Positions 22,219 to 30,334 of a stretch of 64,000 nucleotides of DNA are shown here, piece after piece. Numbering within the stretch: the stretch's first letter is position 1; each line of letters begins with the position of its first letter. The notes below the pieces were generated by a model. That model was not told the DNA's origin. It saw only the letters and a list, made by a program, of their open reading frames with translations, and made no database searches. Origin of the DNA: Oscillospiraceae bacterium (GTDB lineage: Bacteria > Bacillota > Clostridia > UBA1381 > UBA9506); contig SVJS01000006.1 in NCBI GenBank assembly GCA_015068855.1, positions 10,105 through 74,104 of the forward strand, read 5' to 3'. The position numbers were made by a program, and so were the translations under genes.

Positions 22219-22262
22219 CCGTCTTCACTCCTGACTCGTCGCCAAATGCGACATGACTTTTC

Positions 22263-22300
22263 TAAAAAACGCGGCAGAAGGGTTCGCCCCGACTGCCGCG
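22263..22300 (-). terminator. rho-independent terminator after pnp
   Basis: The stem is CGCGGCAG (22270-22277) / CTGCCGCG (22293-22300). On the minus strand it is followed by TTTTTT (the complement of 22264-22269). Confidence 0.75.
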
Positions 22301-22332
22301 CTACCCCGACTAACTGTGTCCGGCTTTGGTTT

Positions 22333-24432
22333 TTACCAAAGATTTAATTCATTCATAGCATCCTTACGGGAAAGGTTGATACGACCCTGTCTGTCAATTT
22401 CGATAACCTTAACCATGATTTCGTCACCGATATTAACCTCATCCTCAACCTTAGCCACACGGGTGTTGGCAAGCTTGGAGATGTGAACCATACCATCACG
22501 ACCGGGCAGGAACTCAACAAAAGCACCAAAGGGCAGAATGTTGACAACCTTACCTTTGTAGATAGAGCCGATTTCAATGTTACCGGTCAGACCCTTGATG
22601 ATTTCCATAGCTTTATTTGCCATAGCTTCATCAGAGGTTGCAATATAAACCTTACCATCGTCTTCGATGTCAATTTTAACGCCGGTTTCAGCAATAATCT
22701 TCTGAATGGTCTTACCGCCGGAACCAATAACGTCACGAATCTTATCTGTGTCAATGGTCATGGTGTAAATCTTCGGAGCATAAGCAGAAAGACTTTCTCT
22801 GGGCGCTTCAATGGTCTTTAACAGAACTTCGTCAATAATCTGGAAGCGAGCTGTGCGGGTCTGCGCCAGAGCCTGCTTGATGATCTGCGGTGTCAAACCG
22901 TCAATCTTGATATCCATCTGAATGGCTGTGATACCTTCCTTGGTACCGGCTACCTTAAAGTCCATATCGCCATAAAAGTCTTCCAGACCCTGAATGTCAA
23001 CCATAGTGATGAAGCGTTCGCCCTCTGTTACAAGACCAACAGAGATACCGGCAACGGGTGCCTTAATGGGAACACCGGCATCCATCAGCGCCAGAGTGCT
23101 GGCACAAACGCTTGCCTGAGAGGTTGAACCATTGGAGCTAAGCACTTCGGAAACCAGACGGATTGCATAGGGGAATTCTTCCTCGGAGGGAACAACGGGT
23201 TCCAACGCTCTTTCAGCCAGAGCACCATGACCGATTTCACGACGTCCCGGACCTCTGGAAGGACGGGTTTCACCAACAGAATAAGAGGGGAAATTGTAAT
23301 GATGCATGTAACGCTTCTGGTCATCTAAGTCAATGCCGTCTAAGGACTGTGCATCGCCCATAGCGCCCAAGGTTGCAACTGTCAGCACCTGTGTCTGGCC
23401 ACGCTTAAACATACCGGAACCGTGAGTTCTGGGCAGGATGGCAACTTCAGCAGACAGCGGACGGATGTCAGTAATAGAACGACCGTCAACACGCTTACCC
23501 TCATCTAAAATCCAACGACGAACGATGGTCTTCTGCAATTTTTCCATAGCTTCATAAATCGCAGCGCCATGCTCTTCTTCTGTATACTTGCCTTCAAAAT
23601 GAGCATACAGTTCTTCGTAAATAACCTTCAAGTTCTTTTCACGAACGGTTTTATCGTCTGTATCTAAGGCAATCTTTAACTTGTCCTCAGCAAAAGCCTT
23701 GATGTCTTCATACATCTCGGGGTCAACAACATGGGGCTCATAAGCAAATTTTGCTTTACCAACCTCAGCCTGAATGCCCTCGATGAAAGCACAAATCTTT
23801 TTGATTTCTTCATGAGCCAGCTGGATGCCTTCAAAAACAACGTCTTCGGAAACTTCCTTAGCACCGGCTTCAATCATAACAACCTTTTCCTTGGTGCCGG
23901 CAACGGTTAAGCTCATCAGGCTCTTTTCACGCTGCTCAGCTGTGGGGTTAATCACATGCTGACCATCAACATAGCCAACAATAACGCCACCGATAGGACC
24001 ATTAAAGGGAATATCGGAAATGCTGATGGCACAAGATGTACCAATCATAGCAGCCACTTCCGGAGAGTTATCCTGCTCAACTGACATAACAGTGTTAACA
24101 ACAGAAACATCGTTACGCAAATCCTTCGGGAACAAAGGACGAATGGGACGGTCGATAACACGGGATGTTAAAATCGCCTTTTCTGTGGGACGACCTTCAC
24201 GCTTGATAAAACCACCGGGGATTTTACCGACAGAATACAATTTCTCCTCAAAGTCAACACTCAAGGGGAAGAAATCAATTCCGTCTCTGGGCTTTGCAGA
24301 AGCGGTCGCAGTTGACAAAATAACAGTGTCACCGTAGCGCACCATAACGGCACCGCCTGCAAGTTCTGCATACTTACCTGTTTCGATAACCAGCGGACGA
24401 CCCGCCAGCTCCATTTGATAGCTCTTAAACAT
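22333..24432 (-). CDS. pnp: polyribonucleotide nucleotidyltransferase (PNPase)
   Basis: 699 aa. It has two RNase PH domains ([20 protein letters not shown]; [13 protein letters not shown]), a KH domain (IGSGGKTIQ) and an S1 domain ([15 protein letters not shown]). Confidence 0.97.
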   Translation of the reverse strand: MFKSYQMELAGRPLVIETGKYAELAGGAVMVRYGDTVILSTATASAKPRDGIDFFPLSVDFEEKLYSVGKIPGGFIKREGRPTEKAILTSRVIDRPIRPLFPKDLRNDVSVVNTVMSVEQDNSPEVAAMIGTSCAISISDIPFNGPIGGVIVGYVDGQHVINPTAEQREKSLMSLTVAGTKEKVVMIEAGAKEVSEDVVFEGIQLAHEEIKKICAFIEGIQAEVGKAKFAYEPHVVDPEMYEDIKAFAEDKLKIALDTDDKTVREKNLKVIYEELYAHFEGKYTEEEHGAAIYEAMEKLQKTIVRRWILDEGKRVDGRSITDIRPLSAEVAILPRTHGSGMFKRGQTQVLTVATLGAMGDAQSLDGIDLDDQKRYMHHYNFPSYSVGETRPSRGPGRREIGHGALAERALEPVVPSEEEFPYAIRLVSEVLSSNGSTSQASVCASTLALMDAGVPIKAPVAGISVGLVTEGERFITMVDIQGLEDFYGDMDFKVAGTKEGITAIQMDIKIDGLTPQIIKQALAQTRTARFQIIDEVLLKTIEAPRESLSAYAPKIYTMTIDTDKIRDVIGSGGKTIQKIIAETGVKIDIEDDGKVYIATSDEAMANKAMEIIKGLTGNIEIGSIYKGKVVNILPFGAFVEFLPGRDGMVHISKLANTRVAKVEDEVNIGDEIMVKVIEIDRQGRINLSRKDAMNELNLW

Positions 24433-24480
24433 AGCTAACCTCCAAAAATTTTATTTACAGCCACGTTAAAAGCAAGAGAT

Positions 24481-24518
24481 AAGAAATAAACCATAAATGG
24501 CTTCATAGCTTATTTCTT
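24481..24518 (-). promoter_or_regulatory. stable hairpin in the pnp 5' leader
   Basis: A 9-bp outer stem AAGAAATAA / TTATTTCTT (24481-24489 / 24510-24518) encloses an inner CCAT/ATGG stem. It lies between the candidate promoter and the pnp RBS. Confidence 0.45.
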
Positions 24519-24552
24519 ACTTCTTAGCTTTTTACGCAGTGTATTCTTATAT

Positions 24553-24590
24553 ATTATATCACATAATTTACATAAAATAAATAGGTAATA
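24553..24590 (-). promoter_or_regulatory. candidate extended -10 promoter for pnp
   Basis: The minus strand reads TGaTATAAT (TATAAT is the complement of 24553-24558, TG is at 24561-24560). The -35 is weak and AT-rich. Confidence 0.4.
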
Positions 24591-24896
24591 AAAAAGAAAT
24601 CGTCTATAATTATTATCAAAAAAACCTTTCTTTTTTTGTATACTTTTTACATACGTTCCAATCTTTTCATGTATGATGGGCGACAACTGGTTTCTGAACA
24701 CTGTAAAAACAATTAAAATTTGACATTTTCGGGCAAAAACAGACAGCTTCCGAACGCCTGTCGATGTTCTTCAATTTTTATTGACACTTTTCGTGTCTTT
24801 TATGCCCAAAACTATCAAAAAATGCCGCTTTTATCAGGCTTTACTGAAACAATTTTACGAACCTCCAAAAATATACAAATATTGGAAAAAATTTGC

Positions 24897-24926
24897 TTGC
24901 ATTTGCCCATTATTTGATGTTATAAT
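24897..24926 (+). promoter_or_regulatory. sigma-A type promoter upstream of spo0A
   Basis: TTGCAT (24897-24902), 18-nt spacer, TGtTATAAT extended -10 (TATAAT at 24921-24926). It lies 65 nt upstream of the spo0A ATG. Confidence 0.55.
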
Positions 24927-24938
24927 ATCCTCAACGAC

Positions 24939-24961
24939 AGGAAAATGTAAAAAAATGGAAT
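24939..24961 (+). promoter_or_regulatory. possible sigma-H type promoter for spo0A
   Basis: AGGAAA (24939-24944) and atgGAAT (24955-24961) resemble the RnAGGwWW / RnnGAAT sigma-H elements. The 10-nt spacer is one shorter than the 11-12 I recall for Bacillus. Confidence 0.3.
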
Positions 24962-24991
24962 TTATTTTGCTGCAAAAGGAGGAAATCTGTA

Positions 24992-25831
24992 ATGAAAAAA
25001 ATAACTGTCGTGGTCATCGACGACCACGAATCAGTCTGTCAATCATTTCGTAAAAGCATTAATGAAACTGAGGATATGGAAACTGTCGGCACAGCCCATA
25101 ACGGTGAGGACGGGCTGAATCTCATTATTGAAAAAGAACCCGACGTTGTTATTTTAGACGTTATCATGCCTAAAATGGACGGGCTCGAGCTGTTAGAGCG
25201 CTTGCAGGAAACAAATCTTGCAAAAAAGCCACTCTGCATTGTTGTTTCCGCTGTCAGCCACGACCACATCGCTGCAAAAGCCATGCAGCTGGGCGCTCGT
25301 TATTACCTTGTCAAACCGCTTGCCAGTAATGACATTCTCATAAAACGCATCCGGCAAATTGCAGAAATGTATGCAGAGGGAAATGCGAGCACTTGCAAGC
25401 GTCTCGGTTTAGCCGAAGGGTTTGCTCTGACAGACAACCACACCATAAACGCTCCCCTGTTTGCAGACAATAATTTAGAGGCCATCATCACAGATGTCAT
25501 TCACGAAATCGGCGTTCCCGCCCACATCAAAGGCTATCATTATCTGCGGGAAGCAATCAGTCTTTGCATACACGACAGAGAATTTATCAACTCCATCACA
25601 AAGCTTCTTTACCCCACGGTTGCACGCAACTACCAAACAACATCCTCCCGTGTTGAACGTGCCATCCGTCATGCCATTGAGGTTGCCTGGAGCCGTGGGC
25701 GTGAAGAAATTCTGAATGGTATTTTCGGCTACACCATTGATACCAACAAAGGCAAGCCCACCAACGGCGAATTCATTGCCATGATTTCCGATTCCATTCG
25801 TCTTAAAATGAAAAACTCTGTCAATTACTGA
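24992..25831 (+). CDS. spo0A: sporulation master response regulator Spo0A
   Basis: 279 aa. It has the receiver domain ([21 protein letters not shown]) and the Spo0A-specific C-terminal DNA-binding domain ([48 protein letters not shown]). Confidence 0.96.
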   Translation: MKKITVVVIDDHESVCQSFRKSINETEDMETVGTAHNGEDGLNLIIEKEPDVVILDVIMPKMDGLELLERLQETNLAKKPLCIVVSAVSHDHIAAKAMQLGARYYLVKPLASNDILIKRIRQIAEMYAEGNASTCKRLGLAEGFALTDNHTINAPLFADNNLEAIITDVIHEIGVPAHIKGYHYLREAISLCIHDREFINSITKLLYPTVARNYQTTSSRVERAIRHAIEVAWSRGREEILNGIFGYTIDTNKGKPTNGEFIAMISDSIRLKMKNSVNY

Positions 25832-25862
25832 GGTATTTGTTGCTTTTAGCAATAAATATACG

Positions 25863-25907
25863 ATCAGGCGTTGTTTTAGCCCCCCAAAACAACGCCTGAT
25901 TTTTTTG
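25863..25907 (+). terminator. rho-independent terminator after spo0A
   Basis: A 15-bp perfect stem, ATCAGGCGTTGTTTT / AAAACAACGCCTGAT (25863-25877 / 25886-25900), is followed by TTTTTTT. Confidence 0.9.
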
Positions 25908-25928
25908 TTTATTTACTTTTTCCGCTGA

Positions 25929-26441
25929 TTATTTATCCGATTCAATGAAAGTCTTTTTGGCTTCTTCTAGCAGGCTGTCATCACTTTCAACCCAACGGTC
26001 AACAGGGATAATCCTGTATGTATCTTTTGTATCACGAATGATGATTTGCTTGATGCCCGCATTGATAATCAGACGTTTACACATACTGCAACTGTTGGAT
26101 TCTGCAATAATCTCCCCTGTCTGCGGATTCACGCAGGCAAGATACAGCGTTGCACCAATCATATCCCGACGGGATGCACTGATGATACAGTTTGCCTCTG
26201 CATGAACCGAGCGACAAAGCTCATAACGCTGACCGGATGGAATCTGCAAAGTTTCACGCAGGCAATGGCCTAAGTCAATACAGTTTTTACGTGACCGCGG
26301 CGCGCCGTTATAGCCTGTTGAAATAATTTCATCATTCTTAACCAAAATGGCACCATAATGACGACGCAAGCATGTACCGCGTTCTGAAACGGTTTGTGCA
26401 ATATCAAGATAATAATTAATTTTGTCGCGTCTTTCCGGCAT
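25929..26441 (-). CDS. deoxycytidylate (dCMP) deaminase, ComEB-like
   Basis: 170 aa. The zinc-binding signature is HAEANCI ... CSMCKRLIINAGI, and TGYNGAP is present. Confidence 0.88.
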   Translation of the reverse strand: MPERRDKINYYLDIAQTVSERGTCLRRHYGAILVKNDEIISTGYNGAPRSRKNCIDLGHCLRETLQIPSGQRYELCRSVHAEANCIISASRRDMIGATLYLACVNPQTGEIIAESNSCSMCKRLIINAGIKQIIIRDTKDTYRIIPVDRWVESDDSLLEEAKKTFIESDK

Positions 26442-26482
26442 AGGTATGCCCCCCTCTTTATTTGCTCGCTGCTCTTTGCAGT

Positions 26483-26917
26483 TTATTTTTCAAGCTCATG
26501 AATTTTATTGATTCTGTTCTGGTGACGTCCGCCCTCAAATTCGGCTGCCATAAAGGCGTCCAGAATATTAATGGCAAGGTCCGGACCCAGCACACGTCCG
26601 CCCATGGCGATAACGTTTGCATTGTTGTGTTGTTTTGCTTTTTCTGCTGCATATTCGCTATTCAAAAGTGCGCAGCGAATACCGTCTATTTTGTTAGCGG
26701 CAATGGAGATGCCGATACCGGTACCGCAAAGCAGAATACCAAATTCATAGTCTCCGGTTTTAACCTTTTCGCATACATTTTTCGCAACATCGGGATAGTC
26801 AACGCTTGTGGCATCAAAAACGCCGCAATCCAAAACTTCAATACCCTTTTTTTGCAGGTGGGCAACTAAAACCGCTTTTAGTTCAAATGCACCATGGTCG
26901 CTACCAATTACAATCAT
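26483..26917 (-). CDS. rpiB: ribose-5-phosphate isomerase B
   Basis: 144 aa. Motifs are IGSDHGAFELK, LLCGTGIGISIAANK and NANVIAMGGRV. Confidence 0.95.
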   Translation of the reverse strand: MIVIGSDHGAFELKAVLVAHLQKKGIEVLDCGVFDATSVDYPDVAKNVCEKVKTGDYEFGILLCGTGIGISIAANKIDGIRCALLNSEYAAEKAKQHNNANVIAMGGRVLGPDLAINILDAFMAAEFEGGRHQNRINKIHELEK

Positions 26918-26949
26918 GTTGATTGCCTCCTTTATCGTATAAAAAAATA

Positions 26950-27639
26950 TTAATTATGTTGTTTTTCCTGATATTCCCGTTCTGCCTGCGAAACCCGCAG
27001 ATAGGAAGGCGCCAGTTCAGCGCACGAAATGGTTTTGCCGCCGGAGGCAAACTGATACCCCAGTTCTGCCACAGCACCACCACGAATGATATGCGTCCAA
27101 CCGGCATGAGCAAGGCTGTCTTTGCCCAAAACTTCTTCCATTTCCCCGGCAAAAACCGCTGCGCCATTGCCGACAATTTTACAGTTTTTTCCTTTAAGAG
27201 CCTCTAAAAATTCTGCAATGGTCATAACCTGAGGCGCCATTACCTCATTTCCGTCAGCATCATAGGCTGCGCAAAACAATTCATCCGTTCGCGCATGAAT
27301 GGCACTCACGCGAAGCCCGTCAAAGTCACGGATGTTCTCCGCTAAAATCTGCAGGCTGGACAGTGCCACAACGGGCTTATCCCATGCCTGTGCAAAGCCT
27401 TTGAGGGTGGCCGCTCCGATGCGGACACCGGTAAACGACCCGGGGCCGATGCCGCAGGCGTACACATCAATGTTTTCGAACGAAAGCCCTACTTCTCCAA
27501 GCAATGTTTCCACCGCAGGCAGCAGCGTCAGGGAATGATTTTTTCCGTTATGTATGGTTTGTTCACACAAAAGAACACCGTCTTTAACAATGCCGACTGC
27601 CGCCGAATCTGATGATGCATCCAGTCCCAAAACAATCAT
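26950..27639 (-). CDS. tsaB: tRNA threonylcarbamoyladenosine biosynthesis protein TsaB
   Basis: 229 aa. It has a YeaZ-like ASKHA fold (ILGLDASS, GIGPGSFTGVRIG). It has a 4-nt overlap with tsaE. Confidence 0.92.
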   Translation of the reverse strand: MIVLGLDASSDSAAVGIVKDGVLLCEQTIHNGKNHSLTLLPAVETLLGEVGLSFENIDVYACGIGPGSFTGVRIGAATLKGFAQAWDKPVVALSSLQILAENIRDFDGLRVSAIHARTDELFCAAYDADGNEVMAPQVMTIAEFLEALKGKNCKIVGNGAAVFAGEMEEVLGKDSLAHAGWTHIIRGGAVAELGYQFASGGKTISCAELAPSYLRVSQAEREYQEKQHN

Positions 27640-28067
27640 AATGTCTTCTCCTCTATCGTAATGCGCCGTCCGTTCTCGCCGTCCCGTTCAATACGGATAT
27701 CCGTTCGCTGTTTAGGCAATAAACCACCGGCACGTTCCGCCCATTCAATCAAAGTCACGCCACCGCTTGCGACCATTTCTTCAAACCCGATTTCGTACAG
27801 CTCATCCGCATCCACAATGCGATATAAATCAAAATGGTAAATCGTAAGCGTGCTGCCTTCATATTCGTTAACCAGAGTAAAAGTCGGGCTGTTAACGGGT
27901 TCGGTAACGCCTAAGGCCTCACAGAGTCCCTGAGCAAAAACAGTTTTTCCCACACCCAGTTCGCCATGCAGGCAAAGCACGTCGCCCCCTTGCAATTTCG
28001 AAGCAAACTCACGGGCAAAAAGCCTTGTCTCCCGCTCGGACGCTGTTTTATATACCACACTCATCAC
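27636..28067 (-). CDS. tsaE: tRNA threonylcarbamoyladenosine biosynthesis ATPase TsaE
   Basis: 143 aa. It has Walker A GELGVGKT, SPTFTLVNEY, HFDLYR and EW. Confidence 0.93.
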   Translation of the reverse strand: MMSVVYKTASERETRLFAREFASKLQGGDVLCLHGELGVGKTVFAQGLCEALGVTEPVNSPTFTLVNEYEGSTLTIYHFDLYRIVDADELYEIGFEEMVASGGVTLIEWAERAGGLLPKQRTDIRIERDGENGRRITIEEKTL

Positions 28068-28594
28068 TCCGCCGCCTCCTGAGCATTTTCGCCCGCACCT
28101 GTTGTTTCGGCAGTTGTTGCAGACGCGTTCTCCGAATTAGATGAGGATGCAGAAGCATCTTCCTCTACCTTTTCTGCGGTTTCTGTTTGAGTGTCCGCTG
28201 CGTTTGTCTCAGATGATGTATTCTCCGTTTTAGACTGGCTCGATTGGGTCAGCTTCGCTTCCTCTTCCTGCTGTGCTTTCCAGTCTGCCGGAGCGCTGGA
28301 AAGTGGTGCATCATTCCCGCGGCGATACCGTTCGAGTTCTGCCTCTAAGGACTCAATTTTTGTCTGCTGTTCCTCCACCAGTTGTTCCAGTTCTTCCATC
28401 GTCCGTTTAGGTGTGTTTTTGGTGGCTGTTTGTGCGGGGATAAAGGGCTTATGGTTCGCATTTAACACAAGACCTGTTACCCAGAATGACAGGCAAAACA
28501 CAACAACTGTCAGGCCCATAATCAACAAAGCATATTTTGCCTTTGAATGGCTCTTTTTCTTGGTCGTTTTTCTTGCTTTAGATCGTCTTTCCAT
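28064..28594 (-). CDS. hypothetical single-pass membrane protein with a coiled-coil and an acidic Ser/Thr/Glu-rich tail
   Basis: It has a Lys-rich N-terminus, a TM helix (YALLIMGLTVVVFCLSFWVTGLVL), a coiled segment (MEELEQLVEEQQTKIESLEAELERY) and a low-complexity acidic tail. Its stop overlaps the tsaE start. The start is uncertain: ATG 28594 is preferred, and the track ORF starts at 28684. Confidence 0.6.
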   Translation of the reverse strand: MERRSKARKTTKKKSHSKAKYALLIMGLTVVVFCLSFWVTGLVLNANHKPFIPAQTATKNTPKRTMEELEQLVEEQQTKIESLEAELERYRRGNDAPLSSAPADWKAQQEEEAKLTQSSQSKTENTSSETNAADTQTETAEKVEEDASASSSNSENASATTAETTGAGENAQEAAE

Positions 28595-28789
28595 ACACAC
28601 AGAACCTTTCCGTGAAAAATACATATCCCGCCGCGCCGGCATGGCACGGCCATTCCTTGCAATCAGCTTTGGCTGACGCAACACCTATCTTACATTTTAT
28701 CACATTATCAAAATAAAGTAAAGTCTTATTTTATAATAGCACTCCTCCCTTTTTATAGTAAAATATATAAAACTGTCATTGAATTTACT

Positions 28790-28817
28790 TTGACAATATG
28801 GTATACTTAAATAGACT
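28790..28817 (+). promoter_or_regulatory. candidate sigma-A promoter for the membrane-protein/sigma-factor pair
   Basis: TTGACA (28790-28795), 16-nt spacer, TAGACT (28812-28817). Confidence 0.4.
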
Positions 28818-28849
28818 TTTGACATTTCACAAACGAAAAGAGGATGAAC

Positions 28850-29488
28850 ATGGAAAAACAAAAGGAATCCTGGAAAAGTAAGCTTGAAAATTTTTGGTAT
28901 TACCACAAAGGCACTTGTCTTGTTGCCTTGTTCGTAATAATCATACTCAGCTTTATCGCAACGAACTACACCAGCCGTTTGGATACGGATATTAACATTT
29001 CTTTGGTTTCAGAAAACATTTTGTCTGAGGCTACTATCAATTTTAATACGATTTTTGCTGATAAAATCGAGGACGCCAACGGCGACGGAGAGCCTTTGAT
29101 TACCATTTCGCGCCTGTTTATCGGCAGAGGAAACGAAGACAATCAGGATGAACTGAATCTTTTAGAAAAACAGTTGGCAAACAAAGGTGCCACCCTGTTT
29201 ATTGTTGACGCCTTAAACTATGAGCGTTTAATTAAGAAAGATGCCTTTTGTCCTCTTGACGAATTTTTTTCTGTTGAAGACTACGGCGACCGAGTTTGTT
29301 ACCGTGGCGATGTGCCCATTGCTTTCCATTTAGGCGGCAGCAAGGTGCTTGCTGAAATGGAGTTCGTCACAGATGATTTATATGCACTGCTTCTGTTCCG
29401 TCGCGAGGGCGAGGAAAATGACCCCGCAGAGAACGCAGAATATCGCAACGCTGTTACCATTCTTGACGCTTTGATGGTACAAGAGTAA
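28850..29488 (+). CDS. hypothetical single-pass membrane protein (short cytoplasmic N-terminus, about 170-aa extracytoplasmic domain)
   Basis: MEKQKESWKSKLENFWYYHKGT is followed by a TM helix (CLVALFVIIILSFIATNY) and then a soluble domain. The start is set at the second ATG (28850), 6 nt after GAGG. The track ORF starts at 28844. The gene ends 15 nt before the sigma factor gene. Confidence 0.65.
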   Translation: MEKQKESWKSKLENFWYYHKGTCLVALFVIIILSFIATNYTSRLDTDINISLVSENILSEATINFNTIFADKIEDANGDGEPLITISRLFIGRGNEDNQDELNLLEKQLANKGATLFIVDALNYERLIKKDAFCPLDEFFSVEDYGDRVCYRGDVPIAFHLGGSKVLAEMEFVTDDLYALLLFRREGEENDPAENAEYRNAVTILDALMVQE

Positions 29489-29503
29489 CACAAGGAGAAA
29501 CTG

Positions 29504-30262
29504 ATGGAAAAAGAAACAAGCTTAGGAAAGCTGCAAGATGAACAGGCTCTGTTTTTACAGTACCAAAGCACAAAAGATAAAGCTCTCCTGAGCGAAATTA
29601 TGGAAACATACAGCTATATAACAGAAATTCTGTCCCGTCGCTTCGTTGGGAAAGGGCTGGAATATGATGACATTTATCAATCCGCCTCCATCGGCCTGAT
29701 GCATGCGGCAAAGCGCTTTGACCCCGCGCGTGGTGTCCGCTTTGTCACCTTTGCCACGCCCACCATTTTAGGAGAAATCAAGCGTCTGTTTCGTGATAAA
29801 GGTAATTGCATCCGCGTGCCCAGACGGCTGTATGAAATCTTTTCCCGTGCCAACAAACTTCGCAACGAAGAACTTGTAAAAACAGGAAAGCTCCCCGACC
29901 GCTCAGAGCTTTCACAGGCTCTTGGCATCTCGGTCGAGCAGCTGGCGCAGGCGCTCTATTGGGGCGACAACCAGACCATTCAATCCTTGGAGCAGCCTGT
30001 TGAGGGGCAGGAAGCCATCTTGGCTGACTGCATCGGCATGGAGGATAACGAATTTTTAATGATTGAAAACCGTGATTTTGTGGAAAGTTTTCTAAAAACA
30101 CTCTCGGCGCAGGAGCAGGAATTTGTCAAGCTTCGTTTTTACGAGGAAATGACACAAACACAAATTGCGCAAAAAATGAACACATCACAAATGAACATTT
30201 CCCGTATGGAGAAAAAGGTGCTGGCGCACCTCCGCGGGATGTATACACAAAGCCTGCACTGA
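29504..30262 (+). CDS. group-3 sigma-70 family sigma factor, SigB/SigF/SigG-like
   Basis: 252 aa. Region 2 is DDIYQSASIGLMHAAKRFDPARGVRFVTFATPTILGEIKRLFRDKGNCIRVPRRLYE, close to Bacillus SigB [29 protein letters not shown] as I recall it. The region 4 HTH is MTQTQIAQKMNTSQMNISRMEKKVL. RBS AAGGAGA is upstream. Confidence 0.88.
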   Translation: MEKETSLGKLQDEQALFLQYQSTKDKALLSEIMETYSYITEILSRRFVGKGLEYDDIYQSASIGLMHAAKRFDPARGVRFVTFATPTILGEIKRLFRDKGNCIRVPRRLYEIFSRANKLRNEELVKTGKLPDRSELSQALGISVEQLAQALYWGDNQTIQSLEQPVEGQEAILADCIGMEDNEFLMIENRDFVESFLKTLSAQEQEFVKLRFYEEMTQTQIAQKMNTSQMNISRMEKKVLAHLRGMYTQSLH

Positions 30263-30334
30263 GTTCATAATAAGGTACTGTCTGAACACAAAAAAGAGGC
30301 AGACAAGTACGACAGTAACAGATAAGGAGTCCCT

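Noticed and set aside
18630-22332. Expected T-box riboswitch upstream of thrS
   Set aside because: Only 16 nt separate thrS from the preceding gene. The ~110 nt upstream of that gene hold the pnp terminator and no specifier-loop or T-box (GGTGG-containing) sequence.
24510-24701. 63-aa minus-strand ORF in the pnp-spo0A intergenic region
   Set aside because: The sequence is AT-rich and low-complexity (K/F/Y/L-rich). It overlaps the candidate pnp promoter and leader hairpin, has no RBS, and resembles no family.
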